Assembly (NCBI RefSeq): GCF_006345805.1
Contig: NC_043006.1
Span: forward strand, 46,562,001 to 46,626,000
Reading direction: 5' to 3'
Source of the DNA: Octopus sinensis
Lineage: Eukaryota
DNA: 64,000 nt
The position numbers and the translations under genes were made by a program. The notes under the pieces were generated by a model that worked only from the letters and a program-made list of their open reading frames with translations, ran no database searches and was not told where the DNA came from. This document shows positions 52,603 through 64,000 of the stretch, piece by piece (the first letter of the stretch is position 1; each line of letters begins with the position of its first letter).

Positions 52603-53192
52603 CGTATATATTTTTTTACATACATATACGCACACACACACACATAATACATGCGTATAATCCTACTATACCCATACATTTCTATACATATATACGATAC
52701 ACATCTACAAGCGTGCACATACAATATGTGAAAGGTTTTAGGAGAAAAGGTAATCGGGGGGGTGCTAGGGGAACGGTGGGATGGGGGGTTTTGTGGGTGG
52801 GGGTGTCATCAATCTGGTTGCCGGGTAGGTCTATAGTTCTTGTAGTTCGCATACTTTATTTTTTATTTTTTATTTTTTATTTTTTATTTTTTATTTTTTA
52901 TTTTTATTTTTATTTTTTATATATCTCCTATCTAATTTAACACTGACTCCTTGACCACTCCCCCAAGTATGATTTGTATGCCTACCCAAAAAGTCCCCAC
53001 CACCACCACCCCTTTAAACCTGCCTAAATGTATAAATGCCAATACAATTCTTGTTAACTAGCTTCCTGAAGATTTCTCTTGAATGAAACAGTTCTAGTCC
53101 TGTAGAAGCTCCTTCTATATAATAAATTAATTTTACTCTGCTATGTATTGAGTACCTTATTACTGTGGTTAACCCCGAATCAACCCGGGACC

Positions 53193-53195
<3 letters not shown>
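50325..53195. mobile_element. Penelope-like remnant: inverted pLTR pair around microsatellite-rich sequence
   Basis: 50325-50525 is the inverse of about 52925-53124 and carries a CTGAAGA...GAAAC motif. Same family as 45879-46075. Confidence 0.7.
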
Positions 53196-53262
<67 letters not shown>

Positions 53263-53272
<10 letters not shown>

Positions 53273-56153
53273 ATGAGTGTAATCAGATCAGATGGTCATA
53301 TTTTAGATATTATTTATATATTACATTTTTTACATATATCATATCATTCGGATTAGCGCTTGCTCCCATTCTAGTGGGTTTTCAAATCAAATCAGTTGTG
53401 GTAGTTTTGAACCCTTTTTATAGTTTCGTAGTAGTGGGTGAGGAGGAAGTGAGACAGAGAGAAAATATGGTGTGTGTGTGTTGTGTGTGTGTGCGGTGTG
53501 TGTGGGTGTGTGTGCGCATTTATATCTGAGAGTGAAGAAGTGTTATTTCGTTGGTCTGCTGGACCCCCTGTGGTTTTATAAGAACTTTGGCCGTCCATTT
53601 CAATGTCACTGAGTGTGTGTTGTGCATAGGTTGGCCTGGCAAATGTCATTTGGGGTCACACTTTCTATGATCATTCTGTGGAGGTGTGTGTGTGTGTGTG
53701 TGTCTTCCTCACACACATTCCAAATACAGTCCCGAAAAACACCATACTTGCAAGCTTTGATGTAACAAATCTATACACAAACATACCACACACCCTAGGT
53801 CTAGAAGCTATAAAACAATCAATAGAAAAATACAGAGAACTTATAGATGAACGCTTCAAGACAAACTTTATCACCCAAGCCACCCAACTAATACTAGAAG
53901 AAAACACATTCTCATTCAACAACAAGACATACCGACAGATAAAAGGCACGGACGGCTATGGTACAAAATTCGCACCTTCATATGCCAACCTAGTGATGGG
54001 TCCTGGAGAAAAAACTATATGACGAAATAGGGAAAGTCTTCGAACACGACTTCAGAGAAGACATCAAGAAAAAGTGGAAACGCTACCTCGATGACTGTTC
54101 ATCTTTTGGAACAGATCAGAAGAGGACCTACAAACATTCCACAACATCCTCAATACGCTGCACCCATCTATCAATTTCACAATAGATACCAGCCACAACG
54201 AACTTCCCTTCCTAGACATCAACATCAAAATACACAACTCCATCGTCACAACAGACATCCACTACAAAAAAACTGACACACATCAATACTTAAATTTCCA
54301 CTCCTGCCACCCATCCCACACAAAAAGAAACATCCCATATAGTATGGCACGACGAATATGTAGCATAGTAACTGATTCACAAATACGATTATAAGACTAG
54401 ATGAACTCAAAAGCTTCCTCCTAGAGCAAAAATACCCCCTTAAACTAATAGAAAATGGAATCACAAGAGCATTAAAACTAGACATCACACAACTCAGGAC
54501 ACCCAAAACAAAAAACAAGAAAACACTATCCCTTTATAAACACACACAACCCTGGAGTACCAACATCTTCCAAACCATACATTCAAACCTACCAATAGCC
54601 TTACAGAGCCCCAAAATGAAAACATATTAAACAAATATAGCATAAAAAACAGTAGACGACAGGACAAAAACTAAAAAAACACCTAACAAGAGCGAAATTC
54701 TCTTCAGAAACTAAAACGGAATTCTTTGCAAAAGAGTGCGGAGATGGTAGATGTGGGACCTGCAGCACCCCACCTACAAATACATAGAGAGCAACAGAGA
54801 GATAAGATTTAAAAATGGGGTCATATTCAAAGTAAATGCAGATATGAACTGCAAGACGCAGAACGTCATATACTGCATAACTGCCCCACATGCAAGGAGA
54901 ATTACGTAGGAGAAACTGGTAATTCTTTGTCAGCGAGCCAGGATCCACCGACAACATATTCGGCAGGAAGAACTACGCAAAATACCACTAAGCACACACC
55001 TAGCTACATGTGGAGAAGGAAAATTTAAGATATTCCTTCTACAAGTGTCCGAAGAATGACACCCCTTCAGGAGGAATATGGAAAAACATTTCATAGCTAA
55101 GTTCTCCCCAAATTAAATGGCTGAAACTTTACTCAACATACATTGAAGGAAAAATCTGTGTGTGTGTAGATGTGTGTATTGCCTGTTATATACATCATAT
55201 TATAATTATCTTTATAATTCACTTCCATCTTTACCCTTTAATTGTCACTTTAGTTTTAACTTTCCTATGACATACAACTTTCAAGATGGTATAATTTGGT
55301 TGTTCATTTTGAACCGATAAAAAGGTTTTTTTCAAATATTTTATGTATAAGTCTGTGTGTGTGTATATATATATGTGTTGGTATAAATATCAACACACAA
55401 AAATATTTTTTCTTCTCCACTTCCTCCCTTATTTTTATTTTTATTTTTATTTTATTTTTTTATTTTTTATTCTTTAATTTTTATTTATTCTTATATTTTT
55501 TTTTATTTTATTTTTTATTTTTTGTTTATTTTATTTTATTTTATTTTTTTTTAATTTTTTTAATTTTTATTTTTATATTATTATTTTATTTTCCCTTTCT
55601 CTTTTTGTCTCTCTCCCCTTCTCCAAACACACAGACACACACACACACACACACACATACACACACACACACAGACACAACACAAAAAAAACACACAGAC
55701 CACAGAGACACACACACACACACACACCTCCACAGAATGATCATAGAAAGTGGACCCCAAATGACATTTGCCAGGCCAACCTATGACAAACACACACTCA
55801 GTGACATTGAAATGGACGGCCAAAGTTCTTATAAAACCACAGGGGGTCAGCAGACCAACGGAAATAACACTTCTTCACTCTCAGATATAAATGCGCGCAC
55901 ACACACACACACACGCACACACACACACACACACACACATACACACATATTTCTCTCGTCTCACTTCCTCCTCACCCACTACTACGAAACTATAAAAAGG
56001 CTCAAACTACCCACAACTGATTTGATTTGAAAACCCACTAGAATGGGAGCAAGCGCTAATCCGAATGATATGATATATATGTAAAAATGTAATATATAAA
56101 TAAATATCTACAAATATGAACCATCTGATCTGATTACCTCAAATTTTCTAATA
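53263..56153 (+). mobile_element. 5'-truncated Penelope-like element (Neptune-like) with inverted terminal pLTR
   Basis: About 440-bp inverted repeats (53263-53701 and 55709-56153) flank an RT plus GIY-YIG ORF, with (TA)n on both sides. Confidence 0.9.
53702..55124 (+). pseudogene. PLE reverse transcriptase plus GIY-YIG endonuclease, frameshifted
   Basis: SFDVTNLYTNIP, QIKGT-MGTKFAPSYANL, WKRYLDD, LPFLD, YLNFHSCHP, linker CGDGRCGTC, NVIYCITC and YVGETG. Ends NG* at 55124. Confidence 0.92.
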
Positions 56154-56196
56154 TATAATACCTGTACATCATCTCCAAACCTTCCGATATATATAT

Positions 56197-56231
<35 letters not shown>

Positions 56232-56303
56232 TATAAATATATGTATATATATATATGTATAATATATATAATATATATAATATATATGTATATATATATA
56301 TGT

Positions 56304-56391
<88 letters not shown>

Positions 56392-56420
56392 ATATTATAT
56401 ATATATGTATGTATGTATGT

Positions 56421-57329
56421 GGAGTCGCTTGGCTTAGTGTCAGGCTTATCAGCATCAGGATCATAAGATTGTGGTTTCGATTCTAGACCAGGCGACGCCA
56501 CAACTTTCGCAACAACTTTCTCTCACTCTTTCGTCCTGCATCTTGCAGCTCATCTGCGACGGACCGGCGTCCCATCCAGGTGGGGAAACCTATACGCTAA
56601 GGAAACAGGCCCTTATGAGCCTGCATGGCTCGAGAAGGAACAAACAAATATACATGTATGCGTTTGTATATGTTTGTGTGTAAGTGTTTGTCCCACAACA
56701 TCGCTTGTCAACCGATGCTGGTTTGTTTACGTGCCCGTATCTTAGCGGTTCGGCAAAATAGTACCGATAGAATAAGTACTTGACTTACAGAGAATAAAGG
56801 TGATGTTCCAGCATGGCCACAGTCAAATGACTGAAACAAGTAAAAGAGTAAAGAATAAAGAGTATATAAAACTAAACATTTTTTCTCGGAAGAGTAGCGT
56901 GAATGAAGTAGGTGTTCAACGTCAGTGTGTACAGAACAAATTCTCGCCTGATTTACCCAAAGCAACATTGAATCATGAAAACATAACCATATTTAAGCAC
57001 GTGCCTTATTCTATATTCTTACAAAAGCTTGTCCACACAAACACATTGGCAGAACGCGTGCTCATGCAGACAATAAGCTCATGCATAATTCAAACACCGG
57101 TCGCGTTATAAGAAAACAAATCTATATAACCTACCACAGAGCAGAAAGTAATAATAACACCAGAAACACAGGAGTGGCTGTGTGGTAAGTAGCTTGCTTA
57201 CCAACCACATGGTTTCAGGTTCAGTCCCACTGCGTGGCATCTTGGGCAAGTGTCTTCTGCTATAGCCCCGGGTCGACCAATGCCTTGTGAGTAGATTTGG
57301 TAGACGGACACTGAAAGAAGCCTGTCGGA

Positions 57330-57387
<58 letters not shown>

Positions 57388-57612
57388 TGCGTGTTTGTGT
57401 TTGTGTGTCTGTGTTTGTCCCCCAAGCATTGCTTGACAACCGATGCTGGTGTGTTTACGTCCCCGTCACTTAGCGGTTCGGCAAAAGAGACCGATAGAAT
57501 CAGTACTGGGCTTCCAAAGAATAAGTCCCGGGGCTGATTTGCTCGACTAGAGGCGGTGCTCCAGCATGGCCACAGTCAAATGACTGAAACAAGTAAAAGA
57601 GTAAAAGAGAAA
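56421..57612 (+). mobile_element. SINE cluster: family C-related (56421-56645), family B 3' half (56685-56850), full family B (57168-57612)
   Basis: Direct match to the other copies; unique sequence lies between 56850 and 57168. Confidence 0.85.
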
Positions 57613-58794
57613 GAGAGAGTATACTTAAATAACTTTGATTACTTAGATATGTATCGGCGAAAGATTGGCCTAGGCCATGTCTAATTTAACATCAGAACTT
57701 GATAGGAAATTTTAAGTCATTTTTTAAAGAAAGGCTTTTTGGTATCAAGGCCCATTTCAAGTAGGGTGTAGTTGTTGACTAAGATGTATCCAGGTCTAGG
57801 TGGTTAATCTTGTATCCTTTGAAGAAATTCGCCCATATTTCGCTGGAAGGTGACGAGATCTTCCTCGTGTTTGATTTTGTTTTGAGATAATGTTAAATTA
57901 GAGTAGTGCCAGTCGACGTGAAATAGTTCTGTGGCATGGGCGCAATTTTTGTAGAGGATGGATAGTAAAAGAACCAGGCAACGGGAAATGTTTATGGAAT
58001 ATGAGAGAAAAAAATGTGAGCCTTGGTGTTAACTTGGAATGAATTTGCGACTGTAAGAAAGGTGAGACAGAAACGAAAAGAGTAGTACTATATTAATGGC
58101 TAGAAACTAGGCACAGATTTTGGAATAGTGGCGTTTATACAGCAGTATGTATGTACACACAGACACGAATACATACACACACACACTTATACATACACAC
58201 ACACGCACATATGCACACACACACACATATATATGTATATATATATATATATATATATGTAAATAAAACAAATACATGCGCATAAATAATTCACACAAAC
58301 ATATCTATATATGCATATATATATATATATGCGCGCGCGTGTATATACTTACATACCCGCTCTCTGTCTCTGTCTGTCGCTCTCTCTCTCTCACACACAC
58401 TGAGACACATACACACACATTTATTTAAAACAATTTTATCAGAAAAACTTATGATAGTCACAATATTTGAAGAAAGATTTCCTGAAAATAAAATGTATTA
58501 ATTACATAAAAAATATTTAAAAAGTAGAATGGGAAACTTCTGTTGAAGCGAAGTTTTAGTTTGAGTATAAGTGCTTTCTATGTTAAATTTTTTGAAACAG
58601 ACGTGTCATGTGGTAATCCATCAAGAGGATTAACCCATAACGCGTGTGTTGAAAAACTAGACAATGAAAGCGCTTAAAACTTCCTTTCGGAAAAGTTGTG
58701 CCATTTTGTTTTTAAGGATCTTATTTATATAATCAATAAATTTTAATTTATTTTTTAAATTTAAGAAAATCTTTGTTCAAATATCTATCTGTCA

Positions 58795-61107
<2,313 letters not shown>

Positions 61108-61199
61108 CCTACTAGACTACCCCTGACTCGTTGGGTCATCAGGAAAGTCTGAGTTTTCCAGCAACGGAGTTTTGTTTTGTGTTTTTCTTTCTTATCCAG

Positions 61200-61268
61200 G
61201 TTATTTCACGTGCTGACAATGACTGTGACATCGAAATCACGTGTAAACGGCTCCTTCTCCCAGAAAAT
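61200..61268 (+). CDS. Candidate exon of an unidentified gene (69 nt)
   Basis: Long pyrimidine tract TTTTGTTTTGTGTTTTTCTTTCTTATCCAG and donor AAT|GTAAGA. Two frames are open (VISRADNDCDIEITCKRLLLPEN, or LFHVLTMTVTSKSRVNGSFSQK). Confidence 0.5.
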
Positions 61269-61929
61269 GTAAGATTTGACTCCTATTTCTTGCACGCCTT
61301 TCTACCACGTAACATGTATTTCGGGTCCTTTATCACAAATAGCTGTTACGTTGTAGCAGGGCGTGCTAGAAATAGCAGCCAAATCTTTGGAGGTGAGATA
61401 TGTTGAATGCACTCGAAAAAGCTATGGAAAAAATTATTTCAAACCGTGGTTACGAACGGGCTTTTTACGAAATATTTACCGTATTTTTCAAGTCAGTTTT
61501 ACTTTAAAATAATTTTTAAATATGACAAAACAAATTTTGTAATGGTATTCATCTGAAAATAATTTAAAAAAACATAAAAATATCGTATGCTTAAAGAAGG
61601 CTAAAATATAAATACTTACTGTACAAACAACTTAACATTTTTTAAATCATTCACATCAAATTATTTCTAAATGATTTAAATATGGTGTTTAAGAAAAGCG
61701 AAAATAGAAACATTTATTGTAAAAAAGTTTTATATCTTTTCGTTGTCAAGTGTCTGTGCATCATCGAAATGTGAGTGTTTCTTCCTTTTAGGATAAAGTT
61801 ATCTTAGGAATATTTCCCCATATGCACCGTTTGGGGTATTTATACCTCGAAAACTACTAACATCCCCACAATCACTTGTGCGAGTTATGCAAAATGTGTT
61901 AATGTATTATATATCTATATATCTAATAT

Positions 61930-62007
<78 letters not shown>

Positions 62008-62820
62008 ATACATACATACATACATACATACATACATACATACATACATACATACATACATACATACATACATACATACATACATGTATTCATTTGAGCC
62101 AATGTATACGTCTACTCGCCTAAAAACCTGCGTTGCTTAATAGACAGGAATGCATTCTGTCCCGTGATAAACAAATCAGTACAAATACTATGAAGGATTT
62201 CGTAGTGTGAGTTTTGGCGTGAAGTATGCCAACAAGCCATCGTAACATATAATTCTACTTTTGCGTCCTGTTAAAAAATTAACTCCAAATATAGCAGCAC
62301 AAATCATTGAGTCTGATATTGTAATATAAGCATTAAGAGGAACAGCAGTGTCAATCTAAGCTAAGTAAAAACTATATGCTTATTAAATAGAAACTTACTA
62401 TTCAACACAGACGTATTATTAAAGCGAAACATGAACGCATAAATGTAGGAATTAACCGTCGGTATAGCATTGAACACACTAGCGAACATATCGGGATTTC
62501 TAGTACACATGATGATACTAAAATTTGAAGTGGATAATCTTATTGACAAAATGCACATTAAAATAATACATGACTTCTCGTTGCACATAATAACCTATTG
62601 GAACAGAACCCACCGAATACATAAAGCGATATTAATTCATAGAGAGAAAGTCAGACAATAGTTGAGAACAATGTGAAAATAGTACAGAACGGAATGCGGA
62701 AGATATTGTAGAACAAGGCAGCATAGCAAGCGATGGAAAAAACTCAGGAGGATATAGGTAAAAGTCTACTTAATGAAAGACCAAAGAAGCCTTTATAGTA
62801 TCCCATTACACAGCCTCAGT

Positions 62821-63202
62821 GGAGGCGCAATGGCCCAGTGGTTAGGGCAGCGGACTCGCGGTCGTAGGATCGCGGTTTCGATTCCCAGACCGGGCACTGT
62901 GAGTGTTTATTGAGCGAAAACACCTGAAGCTTCACGAGGCTCCTGCAGGGGGTGGTGATGAACCCTGCTGTACTCTTTCACCACAACTTTCTCTCACTCT
63001 TTCTTCCTGTTTCTGTTGTACCTGTATTTCAAAGGGCCAGCCTTGTCACACTGTGTCACGCTGAATCTCCCCGAGAACTACGTTAAGGGTACACGTGTCT
63101 GTGGAGTGCTCAGCCACTTGCACGTTAATTCCACGAGCAAGCTGTTCCGTTGATCGTATCAGCTGGGACCCTCATCGTCGTAACCGACGGAGTGCGCCTA
63201 CC
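62821..63202 (+). mobile_element. Full-length SINE family C with 12-bp TSD
   Basis: TACACAGCCTCA at 62807-62818 and 63203-63214, with an intact tRNA-like head. Confidence 0.93.
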
Positions 63203-64000
63203 TACACAGCCTCAATGACAGTATGCTCTATGAAAGCATATACCCCAAAACAGCAACAACAATAAAAACAAAAACAGAATAAGGCGTATGACAAAGGGGA
63301 ATTAGAAATAACTTCGAGGAAACATGAACTGAAACAATGAAGAAAATGGGAAAAATACACATCATAAACAGTGCGTAAACATCAACGAAAACATGTCAAT
63401 AATCCAAAAACGAACAAGTGGAATCTACTGAAGTATAAATAAATATATATATAAATAGATGTTGCATGAAATTGTCTTCTTGGTAGGCAATTGTCCGAAT
63501 ATTGAAAGACTTATCAATCGATTTCTACTATTTAGTAGTTGTGGTAACATCGAAACAAAATAGGTTTGGTGTCCAGAGTGTCAGAGAACAAAAAGAAAAT
63601 CTATCATTTTCTAAACAGAATAATAAAAAGCGATCATCATAAAGAAAAGAGAGGAACACATTTATATAAATGAAGACACCATGCAAGCCAGAAGGAAAGT
63701 TCTAACAAAGCATAACAGCATAATCCTACAGAATAACACGATTTGAACAATCTGAAACTCATCTTCTAGAATAAAGTATTGCACTAAAATATCAAAAACT
63801 GATTACCAAAGAAAGAAAAACAAGTACATTCTTGGGAGACATTTTTGTTGGCATTATTGTTATTCTGTGAAAGGAAAGGGGGATTTGACGATGATGATGA
63901 TAGAGAGATTGTAAATAATAATGATGGTGGTCGCTCCCATCGATTTCGACTTATTGGGAGTCGGAAGGAGAGGTTGAGCTATCGTTTCGTGGAAGAAGGT

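Noticed and set aside
57640-58100. Possible PLE ORF N-terminal fragment (minus strand, DWHY motif)
   Set aside because: Single weak motif among many stops; cannot be supported without a search.
62361-62588. Minus-strand ORF with a GPCR TM7-like stretch (VNSYIYAFM)
   Set aside because: It lacks the NPxxY proline and upstream helices, and the adjacent frames are closed.
62821-62895. Functional tRNA gene
   Set aside because: It is the head of a TSD-flanked SINE with no acceptor stem or terminator. The same applies to the other tRNA-like heads, including the fragment near 43690-43735.

Overview
Eukaryotic, AT-rich, microsatellite-saturated non-coding DNA, most likely from an octopod cephalopod (inferred from the SINE families and the dense (TA)n/(ATCT)n/(TATG)n tracts; not verified by search). 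There is no confidently identifiable host gene. Nearly all listed ORFs are translated microsatellites or repeat fragments, and only a few short splice-flanked candidate exons remain (best: 61200-61268 and 25760-25843, + strand). The window is a transposon patchwork: about 35 copies of three tRNA-derived SINE families (called A, B and C here), one full-length decayed and two deleted mariners, a pogo/Tigger MITE, a non-autonomous Helitron, a decayed MULE, a single LTR with a tRNA-Ser primer-binding site, CR1/L2- and R4/Dong-type LINE fragments, and many Penelope-like element (PLE) pieces. The most interesting signal is RNA-structural: several minimal type-I hammerhead ribozyme folds. Their tertiary 3-8 core pair is C-G at 1179-1224 and 8277-8359, U-A at 44227-44268 and, unusually, G-C at 46237-46286. 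One hammerhead sits in the tail of a tRNA-headed SINE-like element (1088-1520). There is also a 5S-rRNA-derived segment fused to a SINE tail (2358-2521). All structures were folded by eye. Family names come from remembered motifs, and ribozyme activity is untested.
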